Assembly (NCBI GenBank): GCA_029982205.1
Contig: JARRCM010000009.1
Coordinates: 2,042-66,041 of the forward strand
Source of the DNA: Thermosediminibacterales bacterium
Lineage (GTDB): Bacteria; Bacillota; Thermosediminibacteria; Koleobacterales; JARRCM01
Length of the DNA stretch: 64,000 nt
Reading direction: 5' to 3'
In this document: positions 51,895-61,265 of the stretch, in pieces
How positions within the stretch are numbered: position 1 is the first letter of the stretch
How the letters are laid out: each line of letters starts with the position of its first letter
Program-made: the position numbers and the translations under genes
Notes under the pieces: model-generated
Told to the model about the DNA's origin: nothing
The model's database searches: none
Seen by the model: only the letters and a program-made list of their open reading frames with translations

Positions 51895-52815
51895 TCACAT
51901 CATCTTGAATACCTTCAATGCATACCCTAAAAGCAGGTCAGAATCCCTTACTATTATTTTTTGCAAACCCATCATTTCAATAATAGTTTTGACTATTAAA
52001 GCACCGGCGGGAATTATATCAGCTCTTTCAGGTTGAAGACCGGGAATTTTTTGTCGTTCTGTAGTAGTTTTTGCTAATAATTTCTCAATTATGCGGTTAA
52101 CTTCTTTTAATGTCAAACAAAAACCGTTAATATATTCAGGATTATACTCTTTTAACCTTTTCTCAATTGCCGCCAAGGTAGTCATTGTTCCTCCCACGCC
52201 TATTGCCGTTTTAAAGTTGTGTTTTTGCAGTTTTGACCTTAATAATGTGATTTTGTTTTTTATAAACAAAGCCGCTTTTTGATACTCTTCCTCAGTTATA
52301 GGATCATTTTTGAAAAAACGTTCCGTTATTCTTACGGCTCCTATATCTATACTATCTGAGAAAACCGGCTTTCTGCAGCCGATTGTAAATTCAGTACTGC
52401 CACCACCGATATCGATTACAAGCACAGGAAACTCACCTTCAAAATCCCAAACTGCACCTTGAAAACTCAGCTCAGCTTCCTCTATCCCTGATAATACTTT
52501 GACATTTAATCCTGTCTCATCTTTAACCCTTTTAACAAACTCCTCTCTATTACCTGCATCCCGTACCGCACTTGTAGCAAGGGGAAAAAATGAACTCACA
52601 CCTGATTCCTGCGCTTTTGATTTAAGCTCTCTTAATGCAGATATCCCTCGGTCTATAGCATGAGAAGAAAGCAGCCTGTTTTTATCTACTTCTTCACCCA
52701 AACGCACAATCTTCATTGCTCGTAATAGTGTCTCTATACCCCCATTGATATTTCTTTTCACTGCAAGTATTCTTATCGAATTTGTGCCTATGTCTATTAC
52801 AGCTATGGGGCCCAT
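51895..52815 (-). CDS. Ppx/GppA family phosphatase
   Basis: IDIGTNS, ATSAVRDA.N, EEA, DIGGGSTE, RADII.AG. Confidence 0.93.
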   Translation of the reverse strand: MGPIAVIDIGTNSIRILAVKRNINGGIETLLRAMKIVRLGEEVDKNRLLSSHAIDRGISALRELKSKAQESGVSSFFPLATSAVRDAGNREEFVKRVKDETGLNVKVLSGIEEAELSFQGAVWDFEGEFPVLVIDIGGGSTEFTIGCRKPVFSDSIDIGAVRITERFFKNDPITEEEYQKAALFIKNKITLLRSKLQKHNFKTAIGVGGTMTTLAAIEKRLKEYNPEYINGFCLTLKEVNRIIEKLLAKTTTERQKIPGLQPERADIIPAGALIVKTIIEMMGLQKIIVRDSDLLLGYALKVFKMM

Positions 52816-52872
52816 GAAACATCCTCCTAATAATTAAAGCACCTCACTTCCGTGAAATGCTCGATTTTATGT

Positions 52873-53286
52873 TTAATAGTCCCTATTACGCCTGAAACCG
52901 GCTGCTTTTTTCTTAGATTCGCTGTTTCTTCGCAAATCCTGCTGTTTTTCTTCACTTTCTTTTAGAAACTTCAACAGCTTATCTTCAAAGGAAAGGCCTG
53001 AATCACGTCTTCCATTTATCCAGTCGATTTCAATAGGCTGAGAAGATTTTTTAGGTTTAACTCGACGAATAGACAAACTGATTCTGCCTTCTTTATCTAT
53101 AGATATCACTTTTACTTTTACTTTTTCATTGTCTTTTATATGGTTTTTAATATCCTTCACAAAAGTGTCTGCTATTTCAGATATGTGAACAAGACCTGTT
53201 TCACCTCCAGGCAATTCAATAAAAGCTCCAAAATGTGTAATGCCTGTTACCTTTCCTTCTACTATTTGTCCTACCTCAAGCGGCAT
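52873..53286 (-). CDS. yabR: S1 RNA-binding protein YabR
   Basis: FGAFI, GLVHISEI, FEDKL..F. Confidence 0.9.
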   Translation of the reverse strand: MPLEVGQIVEGKVTGITHFGAFIELPGGETGLVHISEIADTFVKDIKNHIKDNEKVKVKVISIDKEGRISLSIRRVKPKKSSQPIEIDWINGRRDSGLSFEDKLLKFLKESEEKQQDLRRNSESKKKAAGFRRNRDY

Positions 53287-53358
53287 ACCTCAAAAATTCC
53301 TCCTTTAGAGATTAAAAATAAACACAATTTAACAAATTAATTATACTCTAAAAAAACT

Positions 53359-53685
53359 TTACTTGTCAACAAAAGGCTGTTTTGAAGGCAAAACTTTATA
53401 TATTACTTCACCGGGTTTGACCAAACCTAATTCCTTTCGTGCGATTTCCTCAATATATTCATCTTCATTAAGGAGTTTTATCTGTTCCTCAATTCTATGT
53501 TTTTCTTCAAGGGCTGCTTTAATTTCCCTTTCTACTTCCTGCTGTGATTTATTAATAGAATTGATTTGTATTTGCTGATTAACAAAAACAAAAACAAGAT
53601 ACATCCCAAAAACAGTCAACAGCAGATGTCTTATTTTAAATCTCTTTTTTGATTTTTTTCTGTAGTAATAACTACGGTGTGCCAA
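53359..53685 (-). CDS. divIC: Septum formation initiator DivIC/FtsB
   Basis: TM + coiled coil + YIEEIARKELGLVKPGE. Confidence 0.9.
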   Translation of the reverse strand: MAHRSYYYRKKSKKRFKIRHLLLTVFGMYLVFVFVNQQIQINSINKSQQEVEREIKAALEEKHRIEEQIKLLNEDEYIEEIARKELGLVKPGEVIYKVLPSKQPFVDK

Positions 53686-53755
53686 GGCAAACCCTCCATA
53701 AACCTTCTGTACAATTTTTATTCTACAAACAAGTTCTAAAACCCTCTTTTTTTAT

Positions 53756-54247
53756 TTAGCGGTTTTTTATGATTTTGGGAAATGATAATCTTACTCTATC
53801 TATTATACGGGAAGGCAAAAGGCCCATTTTTTTAAAAAATCTCTTTTTTTTATGCAAAAACAAATTTATCGTTTTGATTGCTTTCTTTAAAGGCCATAGT
53901 ACAATCTTAATTATGCCAGTCAAAATATTATCTATAAAGTTAATGGTTTTTATTATAGACCTTACAATTATTCTACTCAAAAGTTTTTTGTATAAAAAAA
54001 AACCAACGAAAAAAATAATCGCCAGATAAAACCTCATTTCCCCCCAATTGCTATAAAACAATACAGCAAACACCGTGAAAGTTATAAGCACCCAAAACAC
54101 AAGGTCTCCAATTACAGTAGCAACACCTCCCGGCTTAACTAGGCCTCTAATAATTCTATAAACATCAAACACTGCTCCGATCAAAAATCCGATTCCAATG
54201 GAAACAGCTATAAGTTTAAGCTGCAGAACAACATCGGTTAAAATCAT
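53756..54247 (-). CDS. yabQ: Spore cortex protein YabQ
   Basis: G...G..FD.YR, DLVFW, N.GEMRFY. Confidence 0.88.
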   Translation of the reverse strand: MILTDVVLQLKLIAVSIGIGFLIGAVFDVYRIIRGLVKPGGVATVIGDLVFWVLITFTVFAVLFYSNWGEMRFYLAIIFFVGFFLYKKLLSRIIVRSIIKTINFIDNILTGIIKIVLWPLKKAIKTINLFLHKKKRFFKKMGLLPSRIIDRVRLSFPKIIKNR

Positions 54248-54351
54248 ACAAGGCCCACCTCCCTCATAATTTAAATATATTATTATATTATGCAGCATAT
54301 TTATAAGTGTGAATTTATTTTTTAGATAAAAACAAAAAAGCGGCTTCGCCG

Positions 54352-54630
54352 CTATCTTAACAGTTTACTCAAAAAACCCTTCCCTTTCTGTTTTACATCT
54401 AATTCACTGTATTGATAACTCTTTATCGTTCCATCTATTGTCAATTCTCCATTATCTAAATTTAGTTTTTTCATGTGCATGTTTTCTCCTTTTATTGTTA
54501 GCATTCCCATTGAAGTCTCTAAAATAACTTCTGTATCATTAAATTTTTCTACATTTATTATTCCGCTGATATCCATAAGTTTCCTGTCTTTCAGAGTAAC
54601 ATTGTGTTTTAACTGTTTTTTTTCGTCCAC
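54352..54630 (-). CDS. yabP: Sporulation protein YabP
   Basis: H.V.L..R....ISG...V..F, T.MG.L.IKG, LNLDNG. Confidence 0.92.
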   Translation of the reverse strand: MDEKKQLKHNVTLKDRKLMDISGIINVEKFNDTEVILETSMGMLTIKGENMHMKKLNLDNGELTIDGTIKSYQYSELDVKQKGKGFLSKLLR

Positions 54631-54700
54631 GCAACTCCCTCCTTTCTTTTGAAAGAGTTTTCTAACAAATCCTGAAATTGGTTAAACATCCTTAATTGAT

Positions 54701-54727
54701 AAATATGCTTGTAAAATTTTTTTATGA
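54701..54727 (-). promoter_or_regulatory. Possible sigmaE promoter of yabP
   Basis: TCATAAA-N13-CATATTT; yabP is sigmaE-dependent in B. subtilis. Confidence 0.4.
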
Positions 54728-54831
54728 TTATGGTCTTTTGATGTTTTATGTTTAGCACACTTCTTATAGAGACGATGAAACCCGACTTGATACCCTGTTG
54801 AGTACAAAAAAAACGGCGTTAATACGCCACT

Positions 54832-55797
54832 TTAATCCCAAAGGTTTACTATTTCAACATCCTTAAAATAGTACTTCACTATCTCATCAGGTGATTTTCC
54901 TCTTTCAGCCATGATTTTTGCCCCCCATTGGGCCATTCCCACACCATGGCCGAATCCCTTTCCTTCAATTATTACTTTACCGTTTTCAAGCCGAAGACTT
55001 GAAAGCAGTGTCGAACGCATTCTCATGGGATCCAGGGCAATTCGGACATCCGGTGCGGCTATTTCAGTTCCGTTAATTCTTAAAGTTACTGCCCTTCCGG
55101 AGGGTCCCCTTTTCCCCACGGAAATGCTCCTAATTTCACCAAAATCTTTCCCCAATTTTTGTTTTATTCTGCTTCTAAACTCTTCAGCAATGAAAGATGC
55201 TGACCAGCTGCTTTCAGGGCCTACTCCGCCATCAGGAGATTTAACAATTTTAATGTAAGGAGGCTCTGCTTCTTCAAAAGCCAGGCCTTCTTTAGCTGTG
55301 GCGGTTAGCCCTCCCGAATGTGAGTGAAACCATGCGTTTATAAACTTTCCATTGTAAACCGCAACCTTACCCCGGGTCATTTCCACAGCCCTTTTGATCC
55401 TGTCATTAATATTATCAGGATTCCATGCCTGGGCTTCTTTAAAGTCAGTGGAGATGTCAGCACCTCCATATTTTGACCCGCCTTTTGATTCAATAAAGTA
55501 TAATACATAGGTCCGAGCTACAATCGCCTGGGCTGCTAGGGCTTCTACAGGCCAGTAATTTTTCATTTCACCTGCTATTACTCCAGTTACATATTCTTCA
55601 ATGTTCATCTTTTTATTCTTTTTTTCATCTACTAAATATACTGTTAGTTGTGGTTCTTTTCCCGGGCCCCGGCTTATTTTAGCGGGTATTTCAGGTTTTT
55701 TTACGGGTTTTCTAAAAGGGCTTCTAATACATCCTGCAATACTTATTATTAAAAACAATACCAGAAAAACGGAAACCCATTTAACAATTTTTTTCAT
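54832..55797 (-). CDS. SpoIID/LytB-domain lipoprotein
   Basis: Lipobox IAGC; EEYVTGVIAGEM, EAL.AQA..ARTY, GFGHGVGMAQWGA. Confidence 0.9.
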   Translation of the reverse strand: MKKIVKWVSVFLVLFLIISIAGCIRSPFRKPVKKPEIPAKISRGPGKEPQLTVYLVDEKKNKKMNIEEYVTGVIAGEMKNYWPVEALAAQAIVARTYVLYFIESKGGSKYGGADISTDFKEAQAWNPDNINDRIKRAVEMTRGKVAVYNGKFINAWFHSHSGGLTATAKEGLAFEEAEPPYIKIVKSPDGGVGPESSWSASFIAEEFRSRIKQKLGKDFGEIRSISVGKRGPSGRAVTLRINGTEIAAPDVRIALDPMRMRSTLLSSLRLENGKVIIEGKGFGHGVGMAQWGAKIMAERGKSPDEIVKYYFKDVEIVNLWD

Positions 55798-55875
55798 TAA
55801 AAACAACCTCCCTGAAATTTACGTCACATCTTTATTATCCTCTCTCATTTGAAAAATATACCGCTTAACAAAAAC

Positions 55876-55909
55876 AAAAGATCAGGTCCTTTCAAGACCT
55901 GATCTTTTT
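55876..55909 (-). terminator. hup terminator
   Basis: AAAAGATCAGGTC-ctttcaa-GACCTGATCTTTT. Confidence 0.8.
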
Positions 55910-55925
55910 ATTAGACCACCCCAAT

Positions 55926-56201
55926 TTATTTATTTACACTGTCTTTTAGTGCTTTTCCTGCTTTAAATGCTGGAATCTTGGCGGCAGGGATTTCGATTTC
56001 TTCACCCGTTTGAGGATTTCTCCCTTTTCTGGCACTGCGCTCTCTGACTTCAAAAGTTCCGAATCCAACCAGCTGAACCTTTTCCCCATTTACGAGTGCT
56101 TCTTCTACACTTTCAACAAATGCGTTCAATGCTTTTTCAGAATCCTTTTTGGTTAATCCGCTTTTTTCTGAAATACTGGTTATTAATTCTGCTTTATTCA
56201 A
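55926..56201 (-). CDS. hup: DNA-binding protein HU
   Basis: GFGTF, GRNPQTG, PAFKAGK. Confidence 0.97.
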   Translation of the reverse strand: MNKAELITSISEKSGLTKKDSEKALNAFVESVEEALVNGEKVQLVGFGTFEVRERSARKGRNPQTGEEIEIPAAKIPAFKAGKALKDSVNK

Positions 56202-56270
56202 ACTTTTTCCCTCCTTGTAAAATATATGGTTTTCTATATTGTCTATTCTCTAAAATAACCAAAAGTCCTG

Positions 56271-57761
56271 CTATTTATAGCATTTTTTGTTGTTTTTTTT
56301 CACATTTAGCATATGTTTCCCCTCATTCCACAATTTATCCATTTCATTAAGAGTCATATCCTTCAAATCCTTATTAAGTTTTTTTGCAGTTTCCTCGATA
56401 TAAGAAAATCTCTTAATAAACTTTCTGTTTGTTAGATCTAATGCTAATTCGGGATTTACTCCTAAAAACCTGGCAACATTCACCACTGCAAATAGTGTAT
56501 CACCCAGTTCTTCCTTTATTTTATCTCGATTTGCTGAATTGTATACTTGTTTTAGTTCTTCTATCTCTTCAAAAACTTTCTCGAAGGCGTCTTCAACCCG
56601 ATCCCAATCAAACCCCACCAGTGCTGCCTTTTGCTGAATCTTAAAAGCCCTCATCAAAGCAGGCAGTGTTTTCGGGATGTCTTTCAAAGTATCTGTGTAA
56701 GTGTTTATATCCTTTTCCCGTTTTTTTATCTCTTCCCAATTTTTAAGAACAAGTTCTGAAGTTTTAATGTTTTTGCCGCCAAAAATATGAGGATGACGCC
56801 TTATCATCTTTTTGCTAACAGAAGTTATGACATCATAAATATCAAATTCTTCGTTTTCTTTTGCAATCTGTGCATGAAACACTATTTGCAAAAGAAGGTC
56901 TCCCAATTCTTCGGCTAACCCTTTCCAGTCTTTCTCATCGATTTTCTCTAACACTTCATAAGTTTCTTCTAACAAAAATTGTTTTAACGAGGTGTGGTCC
57001 TGTTCAAGGTCCCAAGGGCAGCCGTTCTCCCCACGCAAAACAGCCATAATTTCTACTAAATCTTTCATTTCAAATCTGTCTTTGTTTTTAAGGCTTAGAG
57101 GAGGTATGTAAAGTGTTGTTAAATGGTCTATCCAGGGTTGACGGTCAAGTTCATAAAGGGGAATTTTTTTTACAATTTCATCCGGGGTTCCGGCAGCTTT
57201 TATTAAAACAACTTCAAATTCATCAGGATAAAATTCCATAAGGTTAATTTTGACTTGAGACGCAACCAAAGGACTGTATATTTGTGTAACGATATTTCCA
57301 CATTTTGTATCAGGCATGTCCATTTGAAGTGCATCTATGAGTTTTATGCCGTTAATAGGATTTATATTTAAAGAAACAAAAACTGAATCCAAAAAGCTTA
57401 CAGCAGGCATTATTTTCACATCTATATTATTCTGCTCGGCTTTTTTAACAAGAATCTCAACTGAGCTTTCAGCTACCATTGGGTTTCCCGGTACCGCATA
57501 TACAATTCTGGAATATTTTAATGCTTCCTTCATAAGATGTTTTACTATGTCCTCATAAACCTGTTCAAACCGTTGATTTCTGTCATATACCCAGTCAAAA
57601 CTAATGTAGTTTATACCATAATCAGGAAGTTTTTTTGCTATTGGGTGTCTTTCTGTTCTTAAAAACACTTTGTCGGCATTTTTCATGGCCTCTAGGGCGC
57701 CGAGAGTCAAAGTGTTTTCATTTCCCGGGCCAAGCCCTATCACTGTTATTATATTTTTCAT
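56271..57761 (-). CDS. mazG: YabN: tetrapyrrole methylase-like/MazG nucleotide pyrophosphohydrolase
   Basis: GLGPG, VPG.P.VAE, GCPWD, EELGD twice, RRHPH, GFDW. Confidence 0.93.
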   Translation of the reverse strand: MKNIITVIGLGPGNENTLTLGALEAMKNADKVFLRTERHPIAKKLPDYGINYISFDWVYDRNQRFEQVYEDIVKHLMKEALKYSRIVYAVPGNPMVAESSVEILVKKAEQNNIDVKIMPAVSFLDSVFVSLNINPINGIKLIDALQMDMPDTKCGNIVTQIYSPLVASQVKINLMEFYPDEFEVVLIKAAGTPDEIVKKIPLYELDRQPWIDHLTTLYIPPLSLKNKDRFEMKDLVEIMAVLRGENGCPWDLEQDHTSLKQFLLEETYEVLEKIDEKDWKGLAEELGDLLLQIVFHAQIAKENEEFDIYDVITSVSKKMIRRHPHIFGGKNIKTSELVLKNWEEIKKREKDINTYTDTLKDIPKTLPALMRAFKIQQKAALVGFDWDRVEDAFEKVFEEIEELKQVYNSANRDKIKEELGDTLFAVVNVARFLGVNPELALDLTNRKFIKRFSYIEETAKKLNKDLKDMTLNEMDKLWNEGKHMLNVKKNNKKCYK

Positions 57762-57764
57762 GCT

Positions 57765-59375
57765 CTACCCCCTTGTTATTCCAATCTTACTCAAAATTCT
57801 TGCAATCACAGGTCCCCATCTGGGTATTAACTCAAGGTCTTTTTCTGATATCCCGCCGATACTCAACAACATTAAGACATATATAATTCCCCCAATGCTT
57901 ATAGCTGATAGGGTAGCTAGAGTATTACTGCCTAACAGGGCCAAAGCTCTATCATATGTAAACAAAACCGCAATACCCATTGAAGCAACTGCAATCAGTG
58001 GTTTTATTATCATTTGCTTCAAATTCATATTTATACCTATATACCTGTTTACCGCCATAACATTAAGCATAGATGCAACAAGGTAACCCCCGACTGTACC
58101 TATAGCGGCGCCCCTAATGTTTATCGCAGGTATTCCTGTAAGAGTAAAATTAAGAACCACTTTTACAATTGCACCCATCAGCAAATTTTTAACAGGGACC
58201 ATTGTTCTTCCTGTGCCCTGGAGAATCCCTGCAGAAGTCTGGTTTAGGGTTAGAAAAATCACACCAAACGCCAGTACCGAAAGGGGCACTCCTGCTTCAG
58301 GATTGTCATAGAGCATTTCACAAATTGGTGTTGCCAGAAGGTATAAGCCAATGGATGACGGCAAACCGAATATAATAGTCAACCTAATCCCTGTAGTAAC
58401 CTTTGAGACTACCAGCCTGTGGTTCTTACGAGCAATAGATTCGGAAATGGCCGGCACTAAACTGGCCGCAAGAGCTATAGTAAGTATTGGAGGAAGATTT
58501 ACCAAAGGGCCTGCCATTCCTGTTAAATACCCGAAAAGTGTTGTGGCCTGTTCAACACTAAACCCGGCAACTAAAAGGCGTCGATTTACAATAGCTGTAT
58601 CAGCTAGATTCATGATAGGTATTATTAATCCGCCGAGAGTTATTGGAACTGCAAAAGCAAAAAGCTGGTAAACTATTGATAAAATGCTTTCCTGCTTTAT
58701 TGTTCTGTCATTTGCTATTTCATTCATAATAAACGACTTTTTTCGCTGGAAAATTACCAAAAGAATTATAAGACCCATAATGGCGCCCACTACAGGCCCA
58801 AACGCAGCACCGGCAGCTGCATACTTTACTCCTTTAGGCATTAATATAATCACGAGAATAAACACTGCAGCCACTCTGCCCACCTGTTCTACAACTTGAG
58901 AAACAGCAGATGGTATCATGTTTTGCATTCCCTGAAAGAACCCTCTATATGCAGACATTATTGAAACAAAGAATATAGCAGGAGCTATGCTCACAAGAGG
59001 ATAAAACGCTTCGGGATTTGCTATTATCTTTTCAGCAATAAAACGGGCGCCTAAAAGCAGTGTAGCTGAAAATATGATACCTATAGTTGTTAAAATAAGC
59101 AATGAAACTTTAAACACCCGGTACGCTCCCCGGGGATTGTTTAAAGCCCTTCTTTCTGCAACCATTTTTGATATTGCCGTAGGTAAACCTGCTGTTGAAA
59201 TAGAAAGCAGAGTTACATATATAGGATATGCCATCTGGTACAGCCCCATGCCTTCACCCTGAATCAGCCGTGACAGGGGAATCCGATAAAGCGCTCCTAA
59301 AAGTTTAACAATTAATCCTGCAGCTGTCAGAACTAATGTTCCTTCAAGAAAGGTTTGTTTTCGGTGTTTTTCCAT
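57765..59375 (-). CDS. yabM: SpoVB/MurJ-like MOP flippase YabM
   Basis: LGALYRIP, GMGLYQMAYP, RGFFQG, SQVVEQ; synteny. Confidence 0.85.
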   Translation of the reverse strand: MEKHRKQTFLEGTLVLTAAGLIVKLLGALYRIPLSRLIQGEGMGLYQMAYPIYVTLLSISTAGLPTAISKMVAERRALNNPRGAYRVFKVSLLILTTIGIIFSATLLLGARFIAEKIIANPEAFYPLVSIAPAIFFVSIMSAYRGFFQGMQNMIPSAVSQVVEQVGRVAAVFILVIILMPKGVKYAAAGAAFGPVVGAIMGLIILLVIFQRKKSFIMNEIANDRTIKQESILSIVYQLFAFAVPITLGGLIIPIMNLADTAIVNRRLLVAGFSVEQATTLFGYLTGMAGPLVNLPPILTIALAASLVPAISESIARKNHRLVVSKVTTGIRLTIIFGLPSSIGLYLLATPICEMLYDNPEAGVPLSVLAFGVIFLTLNQTSAGILQGTGRTMVPVKNLLMGAIVKVVLNFTLTGIPAINIRGAAIGTVGGYLVASMLNVMAVNRYIGINMNLKQMIIKPLIAVASMGIAVLFTYDRALALLGSNTLATLSAISIGGIIYVLMLLSIGGISEKDLELIPRWGPVIARILSKIGITRG

Positions 59376-59554
59376 TGATAAAAATCCGCCTTCCCTAGAA
59401 AAATCCAATCTGCTATAATCTATAATAATCTACAATACATTATAGCTTATATCTAATAAAAAGAGAAGTTGATCGACTTTTAAACTTTAAAACAAAAAAG
59501 AATAGCAACCAACGGCTACTATTCTCGTTCTTTATAATTTCAATTGTTTTATAT

Positions 59555-60112
59555 TTACTGTTCCATCTGTTTAGCCAAAAATCCTGCCGCCGTTTCGGCT
59601 AATTTAACCTCCAGATCACCCATTTTAACGTTTTCGTCTTTTGAAAGCAGTATAACGGATCCGATAGGATCCCCTTCAGCTATGATAGGTGTTATAACCT
59701 CTGCAGTATATTTGTAACGGTTTTCTTCTTCATCTGCACTAATCCTGTAATATTTGCCATCACCTTTATTAACCAAAACTGTCTTTCGCTCTTCCATAAT
59801 TTTTTCAATATCCGGACTTATAGGCTTATCTAAAAATTCTTTTTTAGGCGCCCCGGCCACAGCTATTATTGCATCTCGATCAGCAATACAGGTAATATGA
59901 TTTACTGCCTCATGAAGGGAATCGGCATATTCCTTGGCAAAATCGCCCAATTCTCCAATTGGAGAATATTTTTTCAGAATAACCTCGCCCTCTCTATCGG
60001 TAAAAATCTCTAAGGGGTCTCCTTCGCGAATTCTTAAAGTCCGCCTAATCTCTTTAGGGATGACGACTCTGCCCAAATCATCAATCCGTCTGACTATCCC
60101 TGTTGCCTTCAT
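59555..60112 (-). CDS. spoVT: Stage V sporulation protein T
   Basis: MKATGIVRRIDDLGRVVIPKEIRR, GAF domain ending FLAKQME. Confidence 0.97.
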   Translation of the reverse strand: MKATGIVRRIDDLGRVVIPKEIRRTLRIREGDPLEIFTDREGEVILKKYSPIGELGDFAKEYADSLHEAVNHITCIADRDAIIAVAGAPKKEFLDKPISPDIEKIMEERKTVLVNKGDGKYYRISADEEENRYKYTAEVITPIIAEGDPIGSVILLSKDENVKMGDLEVKLAETAAGFLAKQMEQ

Positions 60113-60162
60113 TACCATCCCTCCTTTTTCTGCATTAATTAACAATTACGTCCTTCCATAAA

Positions 60163-60192
60163 TAGTATATAGCTTTTTTATGGTTTTTATTC
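60163..60192 (-). promoter_or_regulatory. sigmaG-type promoter of spoVT
   Basis: GAATA-N18-TATACTA vs GNATR-N18-CATNNTA. Confidence 0.55.
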
Positions 60193-60228
60193 ATGAGGAA
60201 TGAGTAAAAAGAAGGCAATGTAATATTT

Positions 60229-61218
60229 TTACAGATATTTCTTTATCCTGGATTTATCCTTCCATTCATTGAGTCTTTCTGTAAAAACTTCATTCTTTCT
60301 GTCACTAAGCAGCATTTTTCTGATTTCATTTTCTACTTCTTGAAATTCATATACTGGATATATTTTCTTGTCTTCAACTTTAATTATATGATAACCAAAG
60401 TCTGTTTTCACAATATCGCTTACCTGACCTGGCTCCAGCTCAAAGGCTGCTTTTTCGAAGGGAGCTACCATTTGACCTCGGCGAAAATACCCTAAGTCTC
60501 CACCTTTTTCAGCGCTTTCAGGGTCCTCAGAATTTTTTTTCGCCAATTCCGCAAAATCTGCGCCGTCTTTGATCTGTTTTAAAATTTCTCTGGCTTTTTC
60601 TTCGGAAGATACAAGGATATGCCTTGCTCTAACCTCATCAGGTGATTCTTTAAATTCATTTATATGGAGGTCATAATATTCCTTAACTTCTTTTTCTGTA
60701 ACTTCTACATCTCTAGTTACTTCATCAAGTAACCTGGAGTATAACATCTCTTGTGTCACATTCTTTTTTACGTCATCTAAACTTAGCCCCTGTTCTTTTA
60801 GAAACTCTTCAAAATTTTGCTCTCCTCCAAACTGGGTTTTCAGTTCATCAAGCCTTTTTTCAAGCTCGTCTTCTGTGATTTCAATTCCACGTTTTTTTGC
60901 TTCCTGTTCAATAATAACATTGTTAATCATGTCTTCAAGCAGCTGTTTTTTTATATTTTCCATAGTGGTTTTTCCTTCTTCAGATTCAAGAACATCTTCT
61001 CCGTAGTGTTTCTTTAACATTTCCTCTATATCTTGTAGGTTTTTGTCATATTCGCTTTTAAGGATTTTTTCATCGTTTACAACCGCTACTACTTCCTGGC
61101 CATCTATGGTTTTACCGATTTTTTCTTCTTTTTTTATAAGGTTACAGCCGGTTAAAGATAATATTGTTAAAATAACAAGCAGAACATAAAACACCTTTTT
61201 TTGATTCAATATTTCCAC
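60229..61218 (-). CDS. prsA: PrsA-like parvulin PPIase lipoprotein
   Basis: Lipobox LTGC; [24 protein letters not shown]. Confidence 0.9.
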   Translation of the reverse strand: MEILNQKKVFYVLLVILTILSLTGCNLIKKEEKIGKTIDGQEVVAVVNDEKILKSEYDKNLQDIEEMLKKHYGEDVLESEEGKTTMENIKKQLLEDMINNVIIEQEAKKRGIEITEDELEKRLDELKTQFGGEQNFEEFLKEQGLSLDDVKKNVTQEMLYSRLLDEVTRDVEVTEKEVKEYYDLHINEFKESPDEVRARHILVSSEEKAREILKQIKDGADFAELAKKNSEDPESAEKGGDLGYFRRGQMVAPFEKAAFELEPGQVSDIVKTDFGYHIIKVEDKKIYPVYEFQEVENEIRKMLLSDRKNEVFTERLNEWKDKSRIKKYL

Positions 61219-61265
61219 TCTCCCTTATTTTTAAAACATATAGTTAAGCTTGACCAACAATAATA

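Noticed and set aside
54750-54810. Relatively GC-rich intergenic patch as yabO remnant or small ribozyme
   Set aside because: Minus-strand translations show no S4 similarity, and no complete ribozyme core or stems are evident
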